From NCBI GenBank assembly GCA_018262835.1, contig JADFDP010000001.1, positions 96,081-160,080 of the forward strand: DNA of 64,000 nucleotides. Reading direction: 5' to 3'. This DNA comes from Candidatus Aminicenantes bacterium. GTDB lineage: Bacteria; Acidobacteriota; Aminicenantia; UBA2199. The notes under the pieces were generated by a model. The model worked only from the letters and a program-made list of their open reading frames with translations, was not told where the DNA came from and ran no database searches. Of this stretch, positions 9,783-18,850 are shown one piece after another (position 1 is the stretch's first letter; each line of letters starts with the position of its first letter). A program made the position numbers and the translations under genes.

Positions 9783-10475
9783 ATGAACGAATTTTTCAAT
9801 GATTTTTTTGGCGTGATCGGCAACCCGGCTCAAACCATCGGCAAAATAATGGACAAAAAACGCTGGCAGGCCGTGCTGGCCGTCATCCTTTTGTTTAGCG
9901 CCATCGCTACCTTCCTGACTTATCCCGTCACCAAGGTGGAGCAGGCCAAGTTCATCCGTAACTCGGAAATGGCAGACAAATTGAGCGAAGAGCAATTGGC
10001 CAATTTGGATAAATTCACTCCCAGCCAGCGCTTGACCGGAGCCTTGTTTTCGCTCGTCTTTGCCGGGATGATGATCGTGGTGGCCGCCTTTTTCATCTAT
10101 CTTTTTTTCAAGGTGGCCGGCAGTGAAGGGAATTACGTTCATTATTTTTCCGGCGTGGTGCACGCGTCCATCTTGGACATGTTCCTGGGCGGGATACTGA
10201 AATCCTCCCTGATCCTGATGAAAAAAACCATGCTGGTCCACACCGGGCTGACCATGTTTTCCCCTGGAATGGACTTCCGTAGCCTGCCGTTTATTATTCT
10301 TTCCCAGTTCGATTTCTTTTCCCTCTGGTACCTCGCGGCCCTGGCGCTGGGCATCGCTTTTTTTGCAAAGATCAGCCTCCAAAAAAGCTTTTTCATTGCT
10401 TTTTTGTATTTTCTTTTTAAAAGCCTTGTTTTTGTCTCATTTTCCTATTTAAGCATTAAATTACTGGGCATGTGA
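9783..10475 (+). CDS. Yip1-domain-like integral membrane protein
   Basis: It has five predicted hydrophobic segments and a Yip1-like N-terminus (MNEFFNDFFGVIGNPAQTIGKIM). The start is set at ATG 9783. Confidence 0.5.
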   Translation: MNEFFNDFFGVIGNPAQTIGKIMDKKRWQAVLAVILLFSAIATFLTYPVTKVEQAKFIRNSEMADKLSEEQLANLDKFTPSQRLTGALFSLVFAGMMIVVAAFFIYLFFKVAGSEGNYVHYFSGVVHASILDMFLGGILKSSLILMKKTMLVHTGLTMFSPGMDFRSLPFIILSQFDFFSLWYLAALALGIAFFAKISLQKSFFIAFLYFLFKSLVFVSFSYLSIKLLGM

Positions 10476-10535
10476 GCCGGGCCTTTGTTTTTCAAAAACA
10501 TGGGGACCCCATTTTCGCCGCAATCGCCTAAATAC

Positions 10536-10564
10536 TTGACAATTCTTTAATTTTAATTTATTAA
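10536..10564 (+). promoter_or_regulatory. Putative sigma70-type promoter upstream of the OmpA-family gene
   Basis: It reads TTGACA (10536-10541), a 17-nt spacer, then TATTAA (10559-10564). Confidence 0.35.
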
Positions 10565-10626
10565 ATCCATTGTAATGGGAAAAAAACTCGTAGCCAGGCC
10601 ATTTTACTAAAGCGGGGGAGAAAAAA

Positions 10627-11895
10627 ATGAAAAAACTGCTGATTTTTGTCATTTTTATTTTTTTATGGGCAGCTTTGTTCACCAGCGCCGAAGAGAGCAA
10701 AAAAATACTGAATATACGGAAAGCGTATGTCTTTTTGCAGGAATCCCTATTGATCTCGGAAACGGATCTGAATTGTTCCTATTTCATCAAAGACGATATG
10801 CCGCGGGATATACGCATCGTAGGCAAACACCTGCCGGCTCATGAACGGATGGAATTTACCGACTTTGATGAACTGCTGATCAACAAAGGCTCCAGTGCCG
10901 GGTTCAAGGAGGGGGACCTGCTGATCATCATGAGCGAAGGCCGGGTCATTCATTCCCGCAGCCATGATCGCTTGGGACGGTATTTCCTGAAGAAATCCCT
11001 GGCCGAGATCACCTGCATTTATGACGAGCATGCCGTAATTCGGTTGCAAAAAGGATGCCATCCGGTCAATATCGGTGATTTCGGCATCCCGTACAAGCCG
11101 GAAGCGACTATGTTCGAAAAGAAGATCGATTACCAATACTGCCGCATTCCGGCCAATGCCATAAGCGGCAACGTCGTGTTTTGCGATTTGGCGCTGGGCA
11201 CTACCGGAGAAATTGCCGGTGATAATCAGTACGTGACGGTAGACCTGGGGGAGGGGGTGGTCGGCAAAGGCTCGTTCCTGTTGATCTACCGTGTTTTGCG
11301 CTCCGACCTGCCGCCGCTGATCATCGGCATGGGGATCGTCATTCATAGCGAGAACACCAATTCCACGATGAAAATATTGGATGCCAGTTCGGATATCCGG
11401 GTCGACGACCGGGTTTTGATCCTGCCCAAAATGGCTGGCGGCGCCTCGGCAGGCACGGGAGAAAAGGAAAATATCCCGATTGTCGAGACCCTTCAGAAGG
11501 AGGGTCAGGAACCGGATCAGGTTGCCGAGGGACAGGTTACGGAAGTACAAGGCGATGCTCTGAACTTTGACATCCTGTTCGAGTTTGACAGCAAGCAACC
11601 GGCTGCCGATCATGCCGCCGACTTTGCCGCCATCAAGGATTTCGTCGCCGCCAAGTCGGAATATCTGGTCACTCTGCGCGGTTATACCTGCAGCATCGGC
11701 GGTGAGGAATACAACCTGCGGCTTTCCTCGGCACGGGCCGAAGCGATCAAGAATATTTTGATCAGCCAGTACGGGATCGAGGCCGCCCGCATCGAGACGT
11801 TCTTTTACGGTGAAAAGGATCCCCAGTTCGACAACAGCAGCGAAATGGAACGCAGGAAAAACCGGCTGGTCAAAATCGAAGTGAACGGGAAATGA
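10627..11895 (+). CDS. OmpA/MotB-domain (peptidoglycan-binding) envelope protein
   Basis: It has a signal peptide (MKKLLIFVIFIFLWAALFTSAEE), a C-terminal OmpA-like domain (LRGYTCSIGGEEYNLRLSSARAEAIKNIL...RRKNRLVKIEV) and a GGGGAG RBS. Confidence 0.8.
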   Translation: MKKLLIFVIFIFLWAALFTSAEESKKILNIRKAYVFLQESLLISETDLNCSYFIKDDMPRDIRIVGKHLPAHERMEFTDFDELLINKGSSAGFKEGDLLIIMSEGRVIHSRSHDRLGRYFLKKSLAEITCIYDEHAVIRLQKGCHPVNIGDFGIPYKPEATMFEKKIDYQYCRIPANAISGNVVFCDLALGTTGEIAGDNQYVTVDLGEGVVGKGSFLLIYRVLRSDLPPLIIGMGIVIHSENTNSTMKILDASSDIRVDDRVLILPKMAGGASAGTGEKENIPIVETLQKEGQEPDQVAEGQVTEVQGDALNFDILFEFDSKQPAADHAADFAAIKDFVAAKSEYLVTLRGYTCSIGGEEYNLRLSSARAEAIKNILISQYGIEAARIETFFYGEKDPQFDNSSEMERRKNRLVKIEVNGK

Positions 11896-12449
11896 AAATC
11901 GCCCTGTATGCTTTACTGATCTGCTTCATCGGCGCCGGATTGGCACCGGTTTTCGGCAATGGAATCGACCTGATGGCGCTGAAAAAGCAAGAGGAAGAAA
12001 GAAGAAAAAAACTGGGCAAGTCAAAACTGGCCGTCAACGACAACAATGTCAATTCGGTTTCCATCGGCGGCAAAAAATATAGTTTTGTGCAGATGGAATC
12101 CGATGCATTCGTCCCCGAGGAATCCGTTGCGCCAAAGCGCGGAAAAGATGACAAAGAAGATGAAGCCAAGAACCCTGATTTTTGGAAAAAGCAGCAGAGC
12201 GAACTGGAAGAACGGATCGCCAAATTGAAGGGAGAAATCGAGGGCGCGCAACTGGAATTGAACAAACTTTGGTCTGATTTTTATATCAAAAGCATCCCGG
12301 CCGAGCAGGACGCGATCAGGGTCCAGATTTCGCAATTGACCAACCAGACTGAACAAAAAAAGCTTTTTGTAAGCCAGGCCGAAGCCCAACTGGATGAACT
12401 GTATGAAAAAGCGCACAAAGCGGGAATCCCCCCCGGCTGGTTGAGATAA
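11892..12449 (+). CDS. Secreted coiled-coil protein, function unknown
   Basis: Its ATG overlaps the preceding stop (ATGA). It has a signal peptide (MKIALYALLICFIGAGLAPVFG) followed by charged heptad-like sequence. Confidence 0.5.
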   Translation: MKIALYALLICFIGAGLAPVFGNGIDLMALKKQEEERRKKLGKSKLAVNDNNVNSVSIGGKKYSFVQMESDAFVPEESVAPKRGKDDKEDEAKNPDFWKKQQSELEERIAKLKGEIEGAQLELNKLWSDFYIKSIPAEQDAIRVQISQLTNQTEQKKLFVSQAEAQLDELYEKAHKAGIPPGWLR

Positions 12450-12547
12450 ATTTTTATGGTCTGCCGGCAGGGGGTTCGCTGCCGGCCGTCGGCAACGTGC
12501 CGGCTGTTTGCAAAATTCCGATGGGGATGATAAGATAAGCACCATCC

Positions 12548-13489
12548 ATGGATTATTTAAAAGTGCAGAAACCCATTCTGCCGTTGCTCAGATCGACGGA
12601 AAAGATCCTGGCCAGGCGCATCGGCAGCAAAGTCCATTTGATCTCTGAATTGCGGCAGCACACGCCGGTCGGCAAAGGGAAAAAGATCCGCGCCGCATTT
12701 TTTTTCCTCCTGGCCGGAATGAACCATGTTGAGGATGACGGGCTGCCGCAAATGGCGGCGGCCATTGAAATGCTCCATTTGTCCAGCCTGGTTCACGATG
12801 ATATCGTGGACAATTCCGCCTGGCGGCGCGGCGAAAAAACTGCCAATCACCATTTCGGCAATTATCTTTCCCTGCTCTGGGGCGATTTCCTGTTCATTAC
12901 TTCGCTGCGCATGCTTTCGCCGCAAAATCGCAACGCGGTCATGGATATGATGCTGGATGCGTCCTGGCAGATGATCGAAGGGCAGATCCTGGAATTTGAG
13001 AACAATTTCAACTACGGCATCCGTTCCCGCACCTACTATGAAATCATTCGCAAAAAAACATCCTCCATGTTTGCCGGCATTGCCCGCCTGGCAGCCCAGT
13101 TAAATGAAAAGCCGGGGCGTTCGACCGCCGATTTCTACCGTTTCGGCCGGGATTTCGGCATGATCTTCCAGATCAGCGATGACCTGTTGGATATCTTTTC
13201 CGACAGCGCCGGCAAGAGCCGTTTTCAGGATCTGCGTGAGGGCAAGGTGACCTTGCCTTATATCCTGCTGCTGCGCCACAACGGTTTGCCGCTCATCAGG
13301 AATTTCAGCCGTTCCGGACCGCAGCCGTTGCTGGAACGCTGCCGGACCCTGGGCATTATGGAGCAGTCGCTGCGGATCATCGATCGCTATTACAGGAAAT
13401 GCGCCTTTTTTTTGGCATCGTTCCCCTCCTCTGCCCATCGCGAGTCCCTGGAAAGCCTGCTGGAGTTCATCCGCTACCGTGAATACTGA
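12548..13489 (+). CDS. Polyprenyl diphosphate synthase (IspB/HepT-like trans-prenyltransferase)
   Basis: It has the first DDxxD motif (LVHDDIVDNS) and the second (FQISDDLLD). Confidence 0.85.
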   Translation: MDYLKVQKPILPLLRSTEKILARRIGSKVHLISELRQHTPVGKGKKIRAAFFFLLAGMNHVEDDGLPQMAAAIEMLHLSSLVHDDIVDNSAWRRGEKTANHHFGNYLSLLWGDFLFITSLRMLSPQNRNAVMDMMLDASWQMIEGQILEFENNFNYGIRSRTYYEIIRKKTSSMFAGIARLAAQLNEKPGRSTADFYRFGRDFGMIFQISDDLLDIFSDSAGKSRFQDLREGKVTLPYILLLRHNGLPLIRNFSRSGPQPLLERCRTLGIMEQSLRIIDRYYRKCAFFLASFPSSAHRESLESLLEFIRYREY

Positions 13490-14027
13490 AAACCCGGTTG
13501 AAATCGAAGTAAAAATAAGGGTCGAACGCCTGGAACCCTGGCTCGAGAAACTCCGCTGTCTGGCGGCCGAGGCGGAATCTCCCCGGGTTTTGGAAAGGAA
13601 CCTGGTTTTTGATACGGCGCAGCAGCGGTTGAAAAAACAGTCGGTCCTCCTCCGCCTGCGCCGCCTGGAAACCGGAAACGTTCTGACCATGAAAATCCCG
13701 GTGCAAAAAAACTCCCGCTACAAGATGCGCGAGGAGATCGAGGTGGAGGTTTCCGATTTCGCCAATATGGAAAAGATCCTGCTGGGCATCGGTTTCCGGA
13801 TTTATTTTGTCTATGAAAAATACCGGGAAGTATTCAAAAGGAAGGGGATCCGCGTCATGCTCGACGAAACGCCGATAGGGAATTTCCTGGAGATAGAGGG
13901 TGAACCGGCCGGCATTGACGCCATGGCCGCGGAGCTGGGATTTTCCGCAAAGGATTATATCCGCGACTCCTATTACCAGCTTTTTCTCCTTTCCGGGCGT
14001 TCCGGCAACATGGAATTCAAAGCGTGA
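13479..14027 (+). CDS. CYTH-domain protein (class IV adenylate cyclase / triphosphatase fold)
   Basis: It has the N-terminal EIEVKIRV (ExExK signature) and a length of about 180 aa. The GTG start overlaps the previous gene by 11 nt. Confidence 0.7.
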   Translation: MNTENPVEIEVKIRVERLEPWLEKLRCLAAEAESPRVLERNLVFDTAQQRLKKQSVLLRLRRLETGNVLTMKIPVQKNSRYKMREEIEVEVSDFANMEKILLGIGFRIYFVYEKYREVFKRKGIRVMLDETPIGNFLEIEGEPAGIDAMAAELGFSAKDYIRDSYYQLFLLSGRSGNMEFKA

Positions 14028-14878
14028 AGTTTTTCATCCTGGCCGGCGGCTACGGCAGAAGGGCCGAGCCGCTCTCCCTGATCAAGCCGAAACCGGTCTT
14101 CCCCTTGAACGGAGTGCCGCTGCTCGCTTTGCTGCTTCGGCAATTGCGCGCCCAGAATTGCACCGAGGGGTTCATCAATCTTCATCACCTGGGCGAACAG
14201 GTGATCGAGGCCGCGGGAGACGACCGGGGCATCCGCTTTATCCGCGAAAAAGAATTGAGCGGCAGCCGCGTACTGCGGCAGGCGCTGCCTTTTTTTTCGG
14301 ATTGGCTATTGGCGATCAACGGCGATACTTTCTTGGATATCCCCCTGGCCGGCATGTTGGAAAAAGCGGCCGCAACGGACGGGGATGGAATCCTGCTGGT
14401 GCGCCCGAACCCTGCGGGGCGCTATGCCGGCCTGAACATCGGCGGCGACGGGTTTCTGGAAAATGCCGGTCCGCGGCCCGGCATGGGGCTGATGTACGCC
14501 GGCGCGGCCCTGTTCAGGAAAAAGACGATTGAAAAAATAGACGACGGCAACTTTTTCAACAGCATTCAAAAGAACCGTTTGCGCTTCCAGACCGTTTTTT
14601 ATGACGGGATTTGGCTGGATATCGGCACCCCGGAACTGTATTTCCGGGCCAATTGGGAGTACAAGACCCATTGTTCGGATCGGCAAGCCAATGCCCTTTC
14701 GGAAAATGTCGAGATTTCGGCGCATTCCCGAGTGGAGAGATCGGTGCTCTGGGAAAACACCCGCATCGGCCCCGGCGGCGAATTGTCGGAATGCATCGTG
14801 ACCGGGAACCTGAAGCTGGAAAAAACCCGGCGGCACGGGCAGATCATTTCCCGACTTGGGGTTTTTCCCCTGCTTTGA
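14024..14878 (+). CDS. Sugar-phosphate nucleotidyltransferase family protein
   Basis: It has the N-terminal ILAGGYGRRAEPLSLIKPKPVFPL signature (GxGxR..K) and a C-terminal left-handed beta-helix-like region. The GTG start overlaps the previous stop (GTGA). Confidence 0.75.
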   Translation: MKFFILAGGYGRRAEPLSLIKPKPVFPLNGVPLLALLLRQLRAQNCTEGFINLHHLGEQVIEAAGDDRGIRFIREKELSGSRVLRQALPFFSDWLLAINGDTFLDIPLAGMLEKAAATDGDGILLVRPNPAGRYAGLNIGGDGFLENAGPRPGMGLMYAGAALFRKKTIEKIDDGNFFNSIQKNRLRFQTVFYDGIWLDIGTPELYFRANWEYKTHCSDRQANALSENVEISAHSRVERSVLWENTRIGPGGELSECIVTGNLKLEKTRRHGQIISRLGVFPLL

Positions 14879-14950
14879 GTCCGGATTTTAAATTTTTCCG
14901 GCCCCTTGTTTTTTGCTTAAAAAAATATTACTATTACAGCGGGAGTCAAC

Positions 14951-15505
14951 ATGAAGGACATCAATTTATTGCTGGAAAAATTCAAGATGATCACCGGCGG
15001 CGGCCATTCGGATACGGTTTTCAAATCGGTTATCAACGATATTGCCAAGTTTTATTGTGATAATTTTGATCTGGAGGCCGACGAAGTGGCCATATTGCTT
15101 ACCGACAAGGACAACATGGTGCTGTCCTTCGCCTATCCCGAACACCTGGTCAACGCCGGCATGATCCCGATCTCCTCCCCCGACGCCTTCGCGGCCCGGG
15201 TCTACAAGCTGAACAAGGGCCTGATCGAAAACAATTTCAACCAGATGAAGCATCTGCATCTTTTCGAATTTATCAAGGGGCCCGGCGACAAGATCAGGAA
15301 AATCTGGAAGATGATGAGCACGGTCCTGCGTGCGGGCGACTTGAAGTTCGGCATCATTGAACTTTCCCGCAAAGGATCTGCCGTAGAGGAAGCGGGTGAG
15401 GATTTCAGCCCGGAAAACCAGGAATTTTTGGAAGACACCATCATCGAGATCACTCCTTATTTGCTCAAAGTCCTGCCGGGCGATTTCAGGGGGAAACTCG
15501 TTTGA
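14951..15505 (+). CDS. GAF-domain-like protein, function unknown
   Basis: It has an ATG with a GGGAG RBS. The length and beta/alpha pattern (AILLTDKDNMVLSFAYP...GIIELSRKG) resemble a single GAF domain. This assignment is by eye only. Confidence 0.45.
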   Translation: MKDINLLLEKFKMITGGGHSDTVFKSVINDIAKFYCDNFDLEADEVAILLTDKDNMVLSFAYPEHLVNAGMIPISSPDAFAARVYKLNKGLIENNFNQMKHLHLFEFIKGPGDKIRKIWKMMSTVLRAGDLKFGIIELSRKGSAVEEAGEDFSPENQEFLEDTIIEITPYLLKVLPGDFRGKLV

Positions 15506-16035
15506 AAGCCCGCCTGCGCCAGATCCTGCTGGAGAAGTCAGTGGTCAGGGGCAGGGAATTCAAGCTGGCTTCGGGCAAGACCAGTGATTTTTATGTTGAC
15601 GCCCGGGTGACCACGTTGGACGCCGAGGGGGCCGCCCTCTGCGGCAGGCTCTTTCTGGACATGCTGTCCGTTTATAAAGTGGACGCGGTGGGCGGCTATT
15701 CGATCGGCGCCGATCCCATCGTCACGGCCATTGCCGTCGTCAGCCATCTGGAAATGCGGCCGCTGCCTGCCTTCATCATCCGCAAGGAAGAAAAGTCCCA
15801 CGGCACGCGCAAGATGATCGAGGGCAATTTCCGTTCCGGCATGCGCGTGGCCCTGTTCGACGACGTCATCACCTCGGGCGGCTCGATCATCAAGGGCGCC
15901 AGACAGGTCGAATCCGAGGGCGGCAGGGTGGAAGTGATCATGGCCGTCCTGGACCGCGAGGAAGGCGGCCGCGAGACGATTGAAGGACAAGGCTACCGCT
16001 TTGCGTCCATCTTTACGAAAAAGGACCTGTTGTAA
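15502..16035 (+). CDS. pyrE: Orotate phosphoribosyltransferase
   Basis: It has FKLASGKTSDFYVD and the PRPP-binding loop (VALFDDVITSGGS). The TTG start overlaps the preceding stop. Confidence 0.9.
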   Translation: MKARLRQILLEKSVVRGREFKLASGKTSDFYVDARVTTLDAEGAALCGRLFLDMLSVYKVDAVGGYSIGADPIVTAIAVVSHLEMRPLPAFIIRKEEKSHGTRKMIEGNFRSGMRVALFDDVITSGGSIIKGARQVESEGGRVEVIMAVLDREEGGRETIEGQGYRFASIFTKKDLL

Positions 16036-16106
16036 AGCGGATCAAGCCATATCTTTCCGGAGACCGACCGGTCGCCTCAGCAAACCAAATTTTTCGAGGA
16101 GACAAC

Positions 16107-16556
16107 ATGATGGGTCAAAGATCGTCAGGGCCAATAATTTTTGAGAACGAGATGTTCAGCCTGGAGCAAAGCGTCGAGTGTCCCATACCCGGCTATTTGA
16201 TATTCAGAGTGAAGGGTGAAACGGCCGGGTTGGCCCAGTTGCCGGCGGAAACGGCAAAGGCGCTGGGGAAAATGCTGGCGCAGGCGGTGAAGGCCATTGA
16301 AGAAGCGGTCCGGCCGGAGCGGGTCTATATCCTTTCATTTTGCGAAGTCGATCCCCGGCTGCACTTCCATTTGTTTCCGCGCACCGGCTGGCTGCTGAAG
16401 GAATACTTCAAGGCCAATGACTGCGCCAACGATCCGGTCAACGGGCCCATGCTGTTCGAATGGGCGCGGGGCGCTTTCGGCCCGGGCAGCCGCATGCCCA
16501 AGGGAACTCCGGATATGGAAACCGCTGGCGCGGCCATGCGGGCGATCCTGAAATAA
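16107..16556 (+). CDS. HIT-family-like hydrolase
   Basis: It has a histidine-triad-like motif (LHFHLFPR) at the expected position, plus a GAGGAG RBS. Confidence 0.6.
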   Translation: MMGQRSSGPIIFENEMFSLEQSVECPIPGYLIFRVKGETAGLAQLPAETAKALGKMLAQAVKAIEEAVRPERVYILSFCEVDPRLHFHLFPRTGWLLKEYFKANDCANDPVNGPMLFEWARGAFGPGSRMPKGTPDMETAGAAMRAILK

Positions 16557-16607
16557 AAACAAGTACCACGAAAAGTGACCGGCTGCAGCCCGAGTGCCGG
16601 AGTCGCC

Positions 16608-18029
16608 TCACTCGCCGCCGGTGAGCCGCTTCCAGTCGGGCGGCATGTCCAGCTGCAGCAGGCACATTTTTTCCCGGCCGACATCCCGGTTCCAGTTCGC
16701 CGCCCAGACGATCGAGGAGCCGTCGCGGCTCATGGCGCCATGGGTTTCCTCGAAATAGGCTTCGCTGGTGTTGTAGGTCTTGGCGAGCATGAAAGCGCGG
16801 GGTCTGGCCGTATCCAGGCGGATGAGCACATTGCTGCGGTCCAGCCAGTTTTTTTCCGCCGTGTTTTTCGCGATGTGGGTGCTGACCAGGCAGTATCCCG
16901 GCGTGTTGCACGAAATATGGACCCCGGATTGGAAGCCGATGGGGGAGTCGCTGTCGTAAAAGAGGCGGAGCAGCGGCACGTGGCCGGTGCCTTGGTAACT
17001 GCCGTTGGCATCCAGGATCGGCCGCGTTTCCCAGGCCAGGAGGACCAGGTCAATGAAATCGGTCCGGGAATTTTGCATCACCAGGACCTCGCGGCCTTGG
17101 ATGTCAAGACCGGTGTCGGCATGGGAGGTGGTATAGTCGATGCGCTGGAAGCGGGTCAGCGAACGGTTGGCGATGGTCATGCCCCTCAGCTTGCCGCCGT
17201 TCTCGGACATGCCCCCGACCAGGACCCAGTTGCCGTTGACCGACATTCCCACCCAGTCGATGTCGGATTCCTCATTCGTAATCGTATAAAGACCGAGTAT
17301 TCGGTTGTCCGTCCGGTCCCAGCAGAAAAGATAGCGCGGCCGGTATTCATCCCGGGTCCCCTGCAGGACGAACGCCCAGTAGCGCCGGTCGGCCGAGGCT
17401 TCTCCCTCCTGGCGCATGGTGATGCGGTACAGGTCGGGTTCGGCGGCCAGGATCGGAGCGATGCGCGGGTCCGTTGCGAAATCCTTGACTACCGTCCTCT
17501 CCCTGCTCAGGACGTCATCCCGGATGATGCGGAAGCCGGAGAGCCCCCACAGCAGGTTAGGATCGTCGTTGTCCCAGCGCGGATCCTCGCTGGCGTCGGT
17601 TTGAAAAACAAGGTTGGCGGCCTGGTTGCAGGGATAGGGAGAGGTCTTATACACCGCGTAGTCGCCCGTATTCTTCAGCAGCGCGATGAAGGTCCGGTCA
17701 CGATTGAAGGGATCAAAGCGTGAGTATTCGTGCCTCCCCTGAATGCCGTCGGCCTCGGTCACCCGTGTCAGGCGGGTCAAGTAGCAGGGATCGCGGAAGG
17801 GGATACCGATTTCCGGGAAGGGGAGCGCGGACTCGACGCAGCGGGCGTTGTCCGCCTCAAGGGGCCGCGGCACCTCGACGAAGGTGAAACCGGCGGGATA
17901 GTCATATCCTTGGCCATTCGGCTCCGGTACATCCTGGGAACGGCCGCAGCCACAGGCCATTGCCAGCGCTATCATTACTCCCCCGGCTGCCAGCAGCCAT
18001 CGCCGGTCTTTCGTCTTCCCGACCCTCAT
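16608..18029 (-). CDS. Lipoprotein with beta-propeller-like repeats, function unknown
   Basis: It has a signal peptide with Cys (LAMACGCG) and repeated W/D-rich beta-strand segments. The overlapping ORF 16575..17723 (+) has antisense-type composition. Confidence 0.6.
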   Translation of the reverse strand: MRVGKTKDRRWLLAAGGVMIALAMACGCGRSQDVPEPNGQGYDYPAGFTFVEVPRPLEADNARCVESALPFPEIGIPFRDPCYLTRLTRVTEADGIQGRHEYSRFDPFNRDRTFIALLKNTGDYAVYKTSPYPCNQAANLVFQTDASEDPRWDNDDPNLLWGLSGFRIIRDDVLSRERTVVKDFATDPRIAPILAAEPDLYRITMRQEGEASADRRYWAFVLQGTRDEYRPRYLFCWDRTDNRILGLYTITNEESDIDWVGMSVNGNWVLVGGMSENGGKLRGMTIANRSLTRFQRIDYTTSHADTGLDIQGREVLVMQNSRTDFIDLVLLAWETRPILDANGSYQGTGHVPLLRLFYDSDSPIGFQSGVHISCNTPGYCLVSTHIAKNTAEKNWLDRSNVLIRLDTARPRAFMLAKTYNTSEAYFEETHGAMSRDGSSIVWAANWNRDVGREKMCLLQLDMPPDWKRLTGGE

Positions 18030-18219
18030 CCGTTGATTTTACCACGGCAGAAAGCATTTTGCGAAATGGACCCATGCGTCAAGGGCATCATGGATAGTCG
18101 TTCCTGCTAAACCGTTTGGTTTGACAAACGCTTCATCCTTTGTAAAAATGAATTGCCATCCCCGGCGGGAAAATCAAAGTGACTGATTTTTGCGGAATCA
18201 TTCAATAAAAGGAATGCCC

Positions 18220-18810
18220 ATGAAGAGAATATGCGTTTTCTGCGGTTCCAGCCCCGGTGCCAGGCCCGAATATGTCCGGGCGGCGCGGCAATTGGGCGGC
18301 ATCCTCGCCCGGAGGAAGGTCGGCCTGGTGTTCGGCGGCGGCAGGCTGGGCATGATGGGCCAGTTGGCCCAGGCCGCCCTGGAAAACGACGGTGAAGTCA
18401 TCGGGGTGATTCCCAGGGAACTTTATGAAAAGAAAGTGGCTTTCAGCGGCCTTGCTGATCTGCGAGTGGTGGAATCCATGCACGAGCGCAAGGCGCTGAT
18501 GGCCGAACTTGCCGATGGCTTCATGGCATTGCCGGGCGGGTTGGGCACCCTGGAGGAGATCTTCGAAATGATGACCTGGGCGCAATTGGGCATGCATGGC
18601 AAGCCCTGCGGCCTGCTGAATGTCGCTCATTACTATACCCAATTGCTGGGTTTTCTCGACCAGGTCCTGGCGCAGCGGTTCCTGGATGCGGCGCACCGTT
18701 CCATGATCCTGGCCGCCGAACATCCCGAGGAACTGCTCCGACAGTTCGAAGCCTACCGGCCGCCGGCCGCCGACAAGGCGGCCTGGGCGCTGCAAATGGA
18801 ACAACTGTAA
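18220..18810 (+). CDS. LOG family cytokinin riboside 5'-monophosphate phosphoribohydrolase (TIGR00730-type)
   Basis: It has GGGRLGMMG and PGGLGTLEE motifs. The start is set at MKRICVFCGSS (ATG 18220), with AAGGA 6 nt upstream. Confidence 0.9.
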   Translation: MKRICVFCGSSPGARPEYVRAARQLGGILARRKVGLVFGGGRLGMMGQLAQAALENDGEVIGVIPRELYEKKVAFSGLADLRVVESMHERKALMAELADGFMALPGGLGTLEEIFEMMTWAQLGMHGKPCGLLNVAHYYTQLLGFLDQVLAQRFLDAAHRSMILAAEHPEELLRQFEAYRPPAADKAAWALQMEQL

Positions 18811-18848
18811 AAACAGGGGCGATTCGCGAATCGCCCATCTTTGTTCTT
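18808..18848. terminator. Bidirectional intrinsic terminator between convergent genes
   Basis: The perfect palindrome gggcgattcgcgaatcgccc (18817-18836) is flanked by a T-rich tract on the plus strand (atctttgttctttctt). On the minus strand it is followed by ctgttttt. Confidence 0.55.
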
Positions 18849-18850
18849 TC

